Below, one piece after another: positions 1 to 9,288 of a stretch of DNA of 61,809 nucleotides (positions are counted from its first letter, which is position 1; every line of letters begins with the position of its first letter). The notes under the pieces were generated by a model that did not search any database, was not told the origin of the DNA, and saw only the letters and a program-made list of their open reading frames with translations. Source of the DNA: a virus (taxonomy: Duplodnaviria; Caudoviricetes); the IMG/VR virus record IMGVR_UViG_3300012232_000012, positions 1 through 61,809 of that record; one strand, 5' to 3'. A program made the position numbers and the translations under genes.

Positions 1-1219
1 CCGGAGTAGGGTTTGGCAGCGCTGCATGTTGTGCACCAGCCAAATAGGTAGTGGTTGATGCTTGTGCATAGGTCGGGGCGGTGTTGGTCAGGCCGAGCGT
101 GTCATACACGTACTGATGTTGGCTCTGTGTATCCACCGCCTCCTTGCAATAGTTCTTGCGCAGCCACGCCACCGGGTCATCGAGTAGACCATCCGGCTTG
201 TCACCCTTCCACGTCTTGTCGTTCACAAGCAGCCAAGTTACTATGGATAAGGTCGTACCCGTCCGGCCATGTCCGCCATTGCAGAACATGAGTACGTCAT
301 GCTTGGCGAGTGCTGTTTTAATGTCCTTCGCCAGCGCCTTCCATGCGTCGAGTTTCACGTGGCTTGGAACCTTGTAATCTCCCAACGGGAAGTCCAGCCA
401 TGCAACAGGCTCGGGTTGCTTGGCCTTAGCTATGAACCCAGCGAACATATCCCCCGATAGTTGGCGGGCATAATTTCCGCCGATGTCCTTGAACCAGCCG
501 GTGTTGGCAAGGTCGATGACCACCATGCCATTTTTGGGGTTGGCCCCTTTGGATGCGCCACCGGCGAATATCGTGTGCTCGCCCATGTGCAGGACGGGCA
601 TGTTCCCGTGGTGGCAGGATGCTTTGGCTTGGTAGGCGCTGGCCGTTGTTGTCTTAGCGGCAGGCTTACCCTTCTTTTCCTTGCCGAATTTCTCCTTGCC
701 ATCGAGGACTACCCCGCTGCCGAACACGTGAAAGTATCTGTCAGTGTCTCCCTTAAGGACGGGCACGTTGGGCAGATGAACCTCCCTTACATCCGCCAGC
801 ACGCCGCCACCCATGTAGTCGTCGCGCAGGGTGGGTGTGTCATGCAGGTGTTGGAGCAGGGCATTAAGCGCCAGCCCCTCGCTCTTGTACAGGGCGGCGG
901 GCATAGGGTACTCCCTGCTCAGGTCGATGGACGCGGCGAACATCTTGTAGTTGCGGTCTTTCTGTGGTGTGGTGTTCTCCATGATGAGAGACAGCCGCTC
1001 CTCCATGAATGTCGGGCGGCCCTGTTCATTGGTGAAGAAGATGGCCCATTGGTAGTATCCGTGGGTGTGGTCGAGGTCGGCGTCCTTGGGGTGTTTGTTA
1101 ACATACAACCCGAATGCAATCTTCGCAGCCCGGCGATTATCAAACCGCCGGTTTTCGGAGAAGAACTCATCATTTGGGTCGTCGTACCGGACTATTTTAT
1201 ATCTCTGATTGAGCGGCAT
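1..1219 (-). CDS. Protein-tyrosine/dual-specificity phosphatase-like protein (CX5R), 5' part; continues across the window junction into 61809-61556 (~490 aa total)
   Basis: Absent from the ORF track because it runs off the edge. My translation from ATG 1219 (SD AAGGAG upstream) is open to position 1 and contains VLMFCNGGHGRTG (Cys codon 283-281), LDFPLGD and WLRKNYCKEAVDTQSQ (Q-loop-like). Confidence 0.85.
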   Translation of the reverse strand, partial: MPLNQRYKIVRYDDPNDEFFSENRRFDNRRAAKIAFGLYVNKHPKDADLDHTHGYYQWAIFFTNEQGRPTFMEERLSLIMENTTPQKDRNYKMFAASIDLSREYPMPAALYKSEGLALNALLQHLHDTPTLRDDYMGGGVLADVREVHLPNVPVLKGDTDRYFHVFGSGVVLDGKEKFGKEKKGKPAAKTTTASAYQAKASCHHGNMPVLHMGEHTIFAGGASKGANPKNGMVVIDLANTGWFKDIGGNYARQLSGDMFAGFIAKAKQPEPVAWLDFPLGDYKVPSHVKLDAWKALAKDIKTALAKHDVLMFCNGGHGRTGTTLSIVTWLLVNDKTWKGDKPDGLLDDPVAWLRKNYCKEAVDTQSQHQYVYDTLGLTNTAPTYAQASTTTYLAGAQHAALPNPTP

Positions 1220-1265
1220 GGTGGTATCTCCTTGTCTGGTGGGTGAGAATAAGATGTGGAACAGT

Positions 1266-1565
1266 CTACTTACGGGCTTCATTTTCCTCGTCCTTGAATA
1301 TCAGGTATCGGTGCAGCCCCCTTTCGATGCCCTCATTGATGAGCGTTACCTCGTGAGGGGTGAGGTTGGGATGGCAGGACACTGATGCCTGCTCCATGAA
1401 ACGTGCGGCGTTAACCGCCCCGTCCTGGTGTAGAATATGTCTAGCCACTCGCCCGATGCGCTTGTTCTTGTCGGTGCAACTGCTCCATTTCAGCATGAGA
1501 ACAAAGGCTTGTCGGGGCGAGTAGCCCATCCCTCGCAGCCCGAAGTAGGTGGGGTCATCGTTCAT
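1266..1565 (-). CDS. hypothetical early protein
   Basis: ORF coupled to neighbours in the leftward early operon. Confidence 0.6.
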   Translation of the reverse strand: MNDDPTYFGLRGMGYSPRQAFVLMLKWSSCTDKNKRIGRVARHILHQDGAVNAARFMEQASVSCHPNLTPHEVTLINEGIERGLHRYLIFKDEENEARK

Positions 1566-1782
1566 TAGCAGCCACCATTCTCTGATACCTGGGCATGGTG
1601 CGCAGGTAGTTAAGCACCATATGCTTACCTGCCCACTCTACAGCAGCATCAACGCCGGAGGATTTCAGCACACGCCGCACCTTGTTCATCTCGCGGATGT
1701 GCAAGGCCCGGTATGCTGTGCCCTTGGCCTTGTTCCTGCCAGCCTTCTTGGATTTGTTCTTGCCCTGCTTCTGGTCAGCCAT
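1555..1782 (-). CDS. small basic (Lys/Arg-rich) hypothetical protein
   Basis: Strong SD GAAAGGAG; very basic N-terminus. Confidence 0.7.
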   Translation of the reverse strand: MADQKQGKNKSKKAGRNKAKGTAYRALHIREMNKVRRVLKSSGVDAAVEWAGKHMVLNYLRTMPRYQRMVAANER

Positions 1783-1955
1783 TCTTACTCCTTTCGTAAG
1801 TGTTTGATTTGATACTCGGCCTGTCTATATGTGGCGTGGAATGAAGTCCACGGCCATAGCATCCCGAAGGTTAAGACAGCCACCAAACCATCGAACAGGT
1901 GGGCCCAAGCTGTAAGCCATCGTAGCCAGTAGTATATTAGAAGATGTTTCATAGG

Positions 1956-2240
1956 TTATTCCTCCAGATGCAGTAAGCGTCTAGCCTCCGCATCGTGGGA
2001 GGATAGGCTGATGCAATCATGAACCAAGTCATTGGAGTCGATGAGGTTGAGGCCGGTCATTTGCCTGACCAGTTTGACGGCATCGAGCCTGCGAGTCTTT
2101 GCTATATCACCAACGATTATGGCGATAGAAAAGGACAGTTGTGGGTGCTGATTATGCCACTCCACCCTGTAGAGTCTACCTAGCAGTTCCACCACCACAT
2201 TCATGGCGATAGCTTCGGATACATATCCTGGGCACGACAT
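1956..2240 (-). CDS. protein with ribosomal bL12 (L7/L12) C-terminal-domain-like motif
   Basis: RLDAVKLVRQMTGLNLIDSNDLV resembles the bL12 CTD core KIxVIKxVRxxTGLGLKEAKDLV; SD AAAGGAG. Confidence 0.6.
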   Translation of the reverse strand: MSCPGYVSEAIAMNVVVELLGRLYRVEWHNQHPQLSFSIAIIVGDIAKTRRLDAVKLVRQMTGLNLIDSNDLVHDCISLSSHDAEARRLLHLEE

Positions 2241-2267
2241 ATCTTTCTCCTTTGAGCGGTGAATGTA

Positions 2268-2308
2268 TCGCTCCCTATGTTAACGATGTTCGTTAACATA
2301 GGGAGCGA
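2268..2308. repeat. perfect 19-bp inverted repeat with 3-nt loop
   Basis: tcgctccctatgttaacga-tgt-tcgttaacatagggagcga. Confidence 0.9.
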
Positions 2309-2338
2309 GGGGAGTGCCGTTCACACTCCCCGCCCATA

Positions 2339-2614
2339 CTATATTTCCCTCCATGTCATGGTTGCATCTCCGAGTGCGGCGGCGTTGAAGCTCACGTCGT
2401 ATGATGTACCACGTGCAACAAGGTCAGACCAGTACACGTATCCATTGCCGTGCGGTTCAGCAGTCCATCGCAGGTCATATTCGCCGACGTCTGTCTTGAC
2501 CTTGGCATTCAGCTTCCTGAGGTTGATTTGTCGTCCGGCCCTGATGATGAACGATAGAGTGAACATCTTGTTATCCCCCCCGTAAAAGATGAAATGTGAA
2601 GTAGAATGCGGCAA
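2339..2614 (-). CDS. hypothetical early protein (start possibly 2566)
   Basis: ORF in early operon. Confidence 0.5.
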   Translation of the reverse strand: MPHSTSHFIFYGGDNKMFTLSFIIRAGRQINLRKLNAKVKTDVGEYDLRWTAEPHGNGYVYWSDLVARGTSYDVSFNAAALGDATMTWREI

Positions 2615-2774
2615 AGAAGGAGGCTGCCGATACTATCCACAAAGCCAGCCCAATCATAGCATCAAGAAGAGCGCTGACGCCCTTACCTGATGGCACGATA
2701 TGAGCATGTGCCACCCCTCCAACGACGGAGATTAGCAGCAGGGAAAGCACAAGTAAGAACTGTTCGGTTGTCAT
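2571..2774 (-). CDS. small membrane protein (2 TM)
   Basis: Two hydrophobic segments; SD AAGGA. Confidence 0.6.
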   Translation of the reverse strand: MTTEQFLLVLSLLLISVVGGVAHAHIVPSGKGVSALLDAMIGLALWIVSAASFFAAFYFTFHLLRGG

Positions 2775-3031
2775 TGGTCATATTCCTTGTATGGCGGCGC
2801 ATATACGACACGCTGCCACGAGAATAAATACTGCCGCCCCCCAAAACAGGAGAGGGCGGCGAGTAGTGGATGGGCTGCGCCTAAGCGGGTCATGAGGTCG
2901 GAAGCGTATATACATTCGTTACCTCCATGTTGGCGAGCATATCAAGCCCAAGTCGCGTCTCTTCAAGGTCATGTTCTAGCTTAAGCATGGCCTGCTTAAG
3001 CCGCTCATCTACAGATGGGGCGGGGTGGTCA

Positions 3032-3319
3032 TCAAGCAGGATTGGTGGGGGCATTTGTCTCCTCCTTCTTAGGTAGCTGGATGAGATAGACGAACTCACC
3101 CTGAACGAATATGAACCCGCCTCTCGCTGCTGCCTCATCATGCAGGTCGGACAGGGGGATATAGTTGCCGCTCTCACCGCCTAACACACACACCTGAATG
3201 CTCATGCTTTGGGCGTGGCCGAGGCATGTGCTAAGCAGTTCGGGCTGCTCGGATGAGAACGGTTGCATGGTGCTGCACATCTGTTCAACGTATTCCTTAG
3301 CGGCGGGGGAGAGTGCCAT
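3032..3319 (-). CDS. hypothetical early protein
   Basis: ORF translationally coupled to 3319-3531. Confidence 0.6.
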   Translation of the reverse strand: MALSPAAKEYVEQMCSTMQPFSSEQPELLSTCLGHAQSMSIQVCVLGGESGNYIPLSDLHDEAAARGGFIFVQGEFVYLIQLPKKEETNAPTNPA

Positions 3320-3531
3320 TAGTCATCCTTATTGGTGTATCTTAGTTCCGTAAAGAATACGGTAGTGAGCAATGTCCATGACACGATGAATAGCTCGATG
3401 CCGTCCTCGTTCGTTAGATGTAACCACCCCCACATACCAAATGCAAACATGGTAGCGAAGAACGCACCAGCAATTATCGCAAACAGTAAGTCATCTCTCC
3501 AGCTAATCATATCGTGCCCTCCACGATACAA
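3319..3531 (-). CDS. small membrane protein (2 TM)
   Basis: Two hydrophobic segments. Confidence 0.55.
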   Translation of the reverse strand: MYRGGHDMISWRDDLLFAIIAGAFFATMFAFGMWGWLHLTNEDGIELFIVSWTLLTTVFFTELRYTNKDD

Positions 3532-3653
3532 TCAGGGCAAAGACTACCCACAGTACAACGAAAATATCCACCGTCTCAATAGTACCCATACCTCTTGGCA
3601 GGGCTATGAGTAGGGCAAAGGCAAGGGCTACGAATGCTGGCCCTACTGCCACC

Positions 3654-3998
3654 CTAAGTATCCTTTGCATGGGCCTCTCCTAGCATGTGATTTTCATACC
3701 ACACCTTGAACTTGCCAGCCGCCTCGCCCATAGATGATGCGACAAATCGCGGGTGGTCACGCCCCTTGTCTGCATTGAGAAGAACACTCTTATCCTCGGG
3801 GTTGGGGATGAACTCGAATCTCCACCCGCTGTGCAGTCGGTTGCTCATGAATATCCATATCATGTCTAACTCCTTTCGATTGGTGAACTCGGTCATGGGC
3901 AGAGTGCGTTCATCCTTGTGATTGAAGTGCAGAGGAAAGCCCACGAACACAATCAAATACACGACCAAAGCCAAGAGATATGGGATTAGGTTCTCCAT
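3654..3998 (-). CDS. hypothetical protein with N-terminal TM
   Basis: ORF with N-terminal hydrophobic helix. Confidence 0.6.
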   Translation of the reverse strand: MENLIPYLLALVVYLIVFVGFPLHFNHKDERTLPMTEFTNRKELDMIWIFMSNRLHSGWRFEFIPNPEDKSVLLNADKGRDHPRFVASSMGEAAGKFKVWYENHMLGEAHAKDT

Positions 3999-4006
3999 TG
4001 CTATGT

Positions 4007-4495
4007 CTAGCTCCTTTCAACGTCAATCAGTATGCTTAAGCGATTGTCTCGCTCACTGGATGATTTGAACCCCCACTCTATGGTGCGGCGGCCCATCTTA
4101 ATGACTGGTCTGCCACTGTTGCTTTCACCCGCACTATACTTGGTTGCCACGTCTGCCTTGGCGGGTGCATGGTGTTGCCGAGGATGCTGCTGCCTATCCT
4201 TCTTAGTGTGGGTCATTGCCATCCACTCATCGTATGGTATTGTACCCCCCGGCAATTCAACATACATCTCATCATCAATCTCGATGATTTTGTGAGTAGC
4301 GATGGGCCTATTGATGGATGATGCATCGCTAAGTTCAATCAACACAGGCTCCACCTTAACATACTCAAGTGGAATCTGAAACCGGACACCATGACTTAAG
4401 CGCGAGCGATAGATGCCGCCGCCCTCATGGATGTAGTTGCTCACGATGTCTCTGATGTCATTGACATCTGTTATGGTAAGGATGGTCATGTCCAT
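4007..4495 (-). CDS. hypothetical early protein
   Basis: 162-aa ORF with SD GGAGG. Confidence 0.65.
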   Translation of the reverse strand: MDMTILTITDVNDIRDIVSNYIHEGGGIYRSRLSHGVRFQIPLEYVKVEPVLIELSDASSINRPIATHKIIEIDDEMYVELPGGTIPYDEWMAMTHTKKDRQQHPRQHHAPAKADVATKYSAGESNSGRPVIKMGRRTIEWGFKSSSERDNRLSILIDVERS

Positions 4496-4911
4496 GCTGC
4501 CTCCTTGTAGAGCGGATGTACGAGTGTGTAGTCATCCTCATACACCGCCCGCTCGTTCAACTTGCGATAGGGGTGTCTAATATAGGATATTATGTGGGCA
4601 TGAACGGCGAATTGAGGTGAGATGCGGCGGTTCATGCGGCGGCTAATCCTTAGATAGCCAGCCATCCACACGGGCAATTGATTGCGCCCCTTACTAAGGG
4701 TCTCCACCCTTAACATCACATCTTCCGCAACGGCAGAAGATATAGAGACACCCAACTCCTGCTCAACAATCTGTTGGAGTCGGTCAATCTCGGCGAACCA
4801 CATAGTCATATTCATCTTACACCAATCCTTTCGATAGCGAATAGTGAACGGCCATTCGCTCTTACTGTCCACTACACAGGTAATGAACAGTAAGAGCGAG
4901 AGGAATCTCAA
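4486..4911 (-). CDS. hypothetical early protein (start possibly ~4816)
   Basis: First ORF of the leftward early operon. Confidence 0.55.
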   Translation of the reverse strand: MRFLSLLLFITCVVDSKSEWPFTIRYRKDWCKMNMTMWFAEIDRLQQIVEQELGVSISSAVAEDVMLRVETLSKGRNQLPVWMAGYLRISRRMNRRISPQFAVHAHIISYIRHPYRKLNERAVYEDDYTLVHPLYKEAAWT

Positions 4912-5805
4912 TAGACTCCTCTCGCTCAGCTATTGTTAGTTCAGTTTGGAGATTGTGTCGGGCGAGCCTATCTCAGGTAGCCCTCTCTCATGTACGAGAC
5001 TACTACTCCATTTGTGCAGATGCTTCGTTGGGGTCGGGTGCTAATCCTAGCCAGCGGTACTGTTTGATTACTCAGGTTGTCAGCCCTTTTATCTCACGCA
5101 TCTCGAAACTTATGGCCCGCACTTCCGTCGGGTTCATCTCGGTTTATATGTCTCGCCCCGTTCCCCCCTACTGCGGGCGAGGGGAGTAGTCTACCCCGGA
5201 TTTCCCTTAAATTCCGCTAAAAGTTTCCCTAAATTTTCCTACTCGCGGACTACACGAAGACAGCGAGTAGGTTACACGCACTCTCGTACTCGGTTGGTAC
5301 AGTTTCGGTGATGTATGTCAATACCCTCTCATGCATTGAATGATTGTTATTGTATATTTGTTAATGGATTCATCTATACTAAGTTGATAACATTAACAAC
5401 TTACCTTATCATTCCGTTAAGATGTAATATTATTTCGTTAAGATACAGTTCAATTCAGTTAAAGAAACTGTTTCTTGGTGATTTGATTTCGTTTCAATTG
5501 TTTCTTGTACTGATATGATGTATCGCCACGCATAACGAAGCGTGTACCTTAACGCTGGATTCTTTTTAGTGAAACATCATACCGTAAATGTGCGTGTAGG
5601 TATCGCTATTAGGAGAGAACCTGCGCATAGCTATCATCTTTAATGCGCATAGGGGTGCATTTGTTTGCAATCACCTTAAAGAATTGACTCGAAAATGGTC
5701 AAAACTGGTATCATCTTCCCTGTCGGACAAGCGCTAGTGCGCATTCGTCTTACTCGCATGAGGAACGAGAGACAAGCGTACATATTCAAACGAAAAGAGA
5801 GAAAA

Positions 5806-6162
5806 ATGTTTACCCCTTCACATGAAGAAATCACCCAAGTGGTCTATAACACGTTGACCCAGTTAAGTCGGGATATGGCAGTATCAGCCGCGAAAAAAGA
5901 TGCGGACACATTGACCACTGCGCAAGATGTCGCCGCATGGTTGTCGCATTACAAGCGCCTCGGGTATAAGACGTTCGTTCCGGCGCTTTACGCCCGCTTC
6001 AACCTGACTACTGCCACCCGCGTTACTGCTCCTCCCGCCTCTGTTACTGCTCCTCCTGCTATCGGCGGAGCGGAGTTTTTTGACGGAATCGTTGCGGCAA
6101 TGGCACGACAGGGGCTCGTCTCTCCCGTCGCAGCCCCGGCAAAACGATCCTCCCGCAAGTAG
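5806..6162 (+). CDS. isolated plus-strand hypothetical protein with duplicated VTAPPA
   Basis: ORF 5695-6162, probable ATG 5806; followed by a terminator. Confidence 0.6.
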   Translation: MFTPSHEEITQVVYNTLTQLSRDMAVSAAKKDADTLTTAQDVAAWLSHYKRLGYKTFVPALYARFNLTTATRVTAPPASVTAPPAIGGAEFFDGIVAAMARQGLVSPVAAPAKRSSRK

Positions 6163-6181
6163 AGCATACCCAGTGGTAACG

Positions 6182-6218
6182 AACCCCCCTCCCTAACGCG
6201 GAGGGGGGTTTTCTTTTT
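6182..6218 (+). terminator. intrinsic terminator
   Basis: aacccccctcc ... ggaggggggtt followed by ttctttttg. Confidence 0.75.
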
Positions 6219-6572
6219 GCTCCAGATCATGCGTGTAGCCTGTTAAGGATACCGCGCTTAAGGGAGGGGGTAGTAGGGAGTGCTTAAGGAGGGAGTGCTT
6301 AAGCAATGTGGCGTTAGGGGGTTTGAAGCCTTTACCTTAACGAAACTAATTAGACGGTTATCTAATTGATTGCCCTCCCACGCCCATTCCCTTAAGCAAT
6401 CAATCCCTTAACGCTTGCCATACCCCACGCTTAAGCAATCCCATGCCCTACCCCCATATATAGGGCAGGTACACACCACCACACACCCGCTTCTGGTTGG
6501 GTAGTATTAATAGTAGGGGTAGGTATCTAGTTAGAGTAGGGTATCAATAAGGTAGGTTCAGCCTAAATCCCC

Positions 6573-6615
6573 GCGAATCTCAGTTTTCTCCCATAGCGAA
6601 TCTCAGTTTTCTCCC
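6573..6615. repeat. 20-bp tandem direct repeat
   Basis: gcgaatctcagttttctccc at 6573-6592 and 6596-6615. Confidence 0.9.
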
Positions 6616-6812
6616 CCCCCCTCCCCAAGAGCTACATCATAGGGATACCTTCTCCCCGTTGGTTTCAGCCCATAATATTCCTGCACATCCTCTCCACACG
6701 CTCCGCATATCCATTTCAGAGAGGGGTTTCGTCGGAAACTCTCTGCGAGCATTCTGGCCGCATTAGATGAGACGTGGAAGGGTTTGTTACAGTCGGGGCA
6801 AATAATAGTCAT
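6603..6812 (-). CDS. small zinc-ribbon protein
   Basis: CPDC...CGAC; probable ATG at 6812. Confidence 0.55.
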   Translation of the reverse strand: MTIICPDCNKPFHVSSNAARMLAESFRRNPSLKWICGACGEDVQEYYGLKPTGRRYPYDVALGEGGGEN

Positions 6813-6900
6813 TGGATTAGATAGTCTCGGTGGGAGTCGAACCCACAACCTGCGCCTCTGGTGGCGTGAATGCCGGGTTGGTTCTTGTAGGTAACGGTAC

Positions 6901-7125
6901 TCATTCAATCCAGTGCCAGGTGTCGGGTTTGAGTTCTTCCCTATTGCCAAAGCCCTTGAAGGATACGGACTGCTTGCTATAGGGCGTACCGTCCTTGGCA
7001 AATACACACAGGTTGACTATCCCGCCGGGACGGTCTGTTACGCTGGCAACGATGGCGGCGCAGGTAACACCTTCGACAGTCACATACTCTACGACCTGTC
7101 CCATTCTCAAAAGTTGTGCTTCCAT
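6901..7125 (-). CDS. hypothetical protein (SH3-like phage family)
   Basis: GxVVxY...AAIVxxV...VNLxVF...WHW pattern common in phages. Confidence 0.65.
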   Translation of the reverse strand: MEAQLLRMGQVVEYVTVEGVTCAAIVASVTDRPGGIVNLCVFAKDGTPYSKQSVSFKGFGNREELKPDTWHWIE

Positions 7126-7128
7126 AGC

Positions 7129-7494
7129 TTATACTCCTGTTTGGTATCCATACCCCGGCACACTAGCGCACGTGGGGCAGTTCTTCCAATCACCCTGACA
7201 ACACCAGCATGGCTCGTACTGCCACTCCGCCCCCATGTCCCACTGTGTGCCCTCCAGGGACATATCTCCGGCATCCATAGCCATCTCGTGGGTAACGGTG
7301 ACAATGCGGGGAATTGGGTTGCCAATCACCCCTTCGCTGCAAACTTGACAAATGCTCATTCTGTACTCCTTTGGTATAATAGGGTCATTCAGGAGAACTA
7401 CTATGTTTGATTGGTCTGTACTAGCGTTCCTTTGGATTTTGCTTGCGTCGTTTGTGGCGGGTTTTGGGTGGTACGTCGGCAATTGGGTTGCCAA
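7129..7494 (-). CDS. Cys-rich hypothetical protein
   Basis: CQVC, CWCC, CPTC; start may be internal. Confidence 0.55.
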   Translation of the reverse strand: MATQLPTYHPKPATNDASKIQRNASTDQSNIVVLLNDPIIPKEYRMSICQVCSEGVIGNPIPRIVTVTHEMAMDAGDMSLEGTQWDMGAEWQYEPCWCCQGDWKNCPTCASVPGYGYQTGV

Positions 7495-7498
7495 GAGA

Positions 7499-8442
7499 TT
7501 ACTTGGCTAACGCCAATAGAATAAACATAATCACGACTCCAACGCAGGAACCAAGAGCGGAGTAGTGCAGTATCTTCCGCCAACTTCTGGCCTTCTCGAA
7601 GTGCAGGTCAGCTTGTTGAAAATGGAATTCTGCCAACCCGTCCAGATACTTCTGTATCATTCTCATTGTTTCCCATTCATTTCTTGGCATTTCTCCTCCA
7701 AATACGCCCACTAATTCTCCCAAGTGGCGCGTATCTCACTCTGTAGCTCTGCAAAATGCTCAGTCCAGGACGGGTCATTACTGTCTTTCATGACTTTCCT
7801 GCGTTTTGCTTCAATAATAGCCAGAATTTCGTCCAAAGATGGCTCGGAAATGCGCCCAATGAGGGCTTTCCAGCCCCTTTTTCGTCTGTGGCTCTCGATT
7901 CTACCCGAGTCGATAAGCGTATGATTGACAAGAGCCTCCCAATCGTAGTTTCCGGTGTCCTTTTCGCCCGTTCCGTTGTTGTAAATGTTGATTGTTAGCA
8001 TTTTATTTACGAATCTTTCTCCAAACCAGGGTGAATTCGTTGCTGGACAGCCCAAGATACTTCTCTCCGTTCATAATGCTGTCCTTGTACATGCATTCTA
8101 TCCTCCTCTTGGTGCTTTTGGTGGGGTTCAGGTAGTACCGGCGGGTCAATATGCCCTTTTCCAGTATTGCAATCTCTACTTTGCCCTGATTTAGATAGAT
8201 ACTCTTCTTGGACTTCCTCATTCCTGCACCTCTTCTGGGTCTCTTCGCTCGATGTGAGTCTTCAAGACAAGCGGCAGGCTGAGCAGAGTCATGGTAAGCT
8301 GTTGGTTGATGGCAAGTATGGCCGCATTCTGTTGCAGAATGGTCTCCGCCATCCCAACCAGTCTGGGGTTTGGCTCTATGAACTCGATGGATTGGCCGTA
8401 ACCAATAATGTTCGGGTCGTTTGGGTCGGGTAGCATTTTCAT
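7499..8442 (-). CDS. run of four small coupled hypothetical ORFs (7499-7723, 7711-~8000, 8003-8221, 8218-8442)
   Basis: Overlapping start/stop codons on the same strand. Confidence 0.55.
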
Positions 8443-8449
8443 TCCTTTT

Positions 8450-8698
8450 CTAGTAGTATGGGTCTAAGTCGTTCCCAGTGTAGTATAGCCCTCTGTCGAA
8501 TCTAAGGGAGTCGGCCATTTCTTCAACATCATTATCTATGTCGAACCAGTATATGTTCTTATACGCCCAGATGATGTAATTCGGGTCTATATCCAGAACA
8601 TAATCTATTGACCGGCCCTTATACTGGCCGAAGGTAATGATGCTGTCCAAATGGTGCGTGACAGTCTCGTGTTTGGCCTCTACAGCTTTGAGTGGCAT
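8450..8698 (-). CDS. DUF3820 / exonuclease-X C-terminal-like small protein
   Basis: ITFGQYKGRSIDYVLDIDPNYIIW matches the FGKYKG...DPxYxxW motif. Confidence 0.7.
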   Translation of the reverse strand: MPLKAVEAKHETVTHHLDSIITFGQYKGRSIDYVLDIDPNYIIWAYKNIYWFDIDNDVEEMADSLRFDRGLYYTGNDLDPYY

Positions 8699-8877
8699 TA
8701 TGGCCTATCTGTGCTGTGCCAGCCGTTGTTCCAGGAGCCTGCCAACGTTGAGCTTTTCTCCGGCCCATCGAGATAGGGGTTGGATGACTTTGGTTGCTTT
8801 AGCTCCCGAGCCTCCCTGCCCTCCAGATACGCCAGACGAATGTCTTCGTTGGTAATAGATGTCACTATGCCTACCAT
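8698..8877 (-). CDS. Rmf/CrpP-fold (ribosome modulation factor-like) small protein
   Basis: AYLEGREA...SNPY...SWNNGW resembles RMF AxxxGxxA...CPY...WLGGW; SD GGAG before ATG 8877. Confidence 0.55.
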   Translation of the reverse strand: MVGIVTSITNEDIRLAYLEGREARELKQPKSSNPYLDGPEKSSTLAGSWNNGWHSTDRP

Positions 8878-8992
8878 GTGTACTCCAGAATGGTGGAAAT
8901 ATGGCGTCCACCAAAATCGCCCACGCCACAAATGGCAATGACAGAGCGGCTATTGTCCAGAATATTATCTGGCTTGGTATTACGTCTTTCAT
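8705..8992 (-). CDS. N-terminal TM protein, probably leaderless; overlaps the RMF-like gene in another frame
   Basis: Extended -10 TGgTAGCAT 6 nt before ATG 8992. Confidence 0.45.
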   Translation of the reverse strand: MKDVIPSQIIFWTIAALSLPFVAWAILVDAIFPPFWSTHGRHSDIYYQRRHSSGVSGGQGGSGAKATKVIQPLSRWAGEKLNVGRLLEQRLAQHR

Positions 8993-9288
8993 ATCCCCAT
9001 GCTACCACACTCCTCCAGAGAAATAGATTAATGTATGATTAGAAAATCGCGGCGCAAAAAAGTTAAGTTTTGTACCAGGAGAGGACTCAACTTTCTACAA
9101 CTTTTAGTAACTTTATGTAGATTTTGCTTAACTACTTAATAATTTAATAGGGAAAATATTCCTCCTCGTTTTCCCCGTCCCGATAATAATGGTTTTCCGG
9201 CGGCTTGTCAAGTTAACAGCCCAAACTCTAATCTCTCTCTCATATACTTTCCTATGCAAGCGGCGTATGTATGGTGTAGAATGTGTCT

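Noticed and set aside
461-1246. 261-aa plus-strand ORF
   Set aside because: Codon-aligned antisense shadow of the minus-strand phosphatase gene, which has the SD and catalytic motif.
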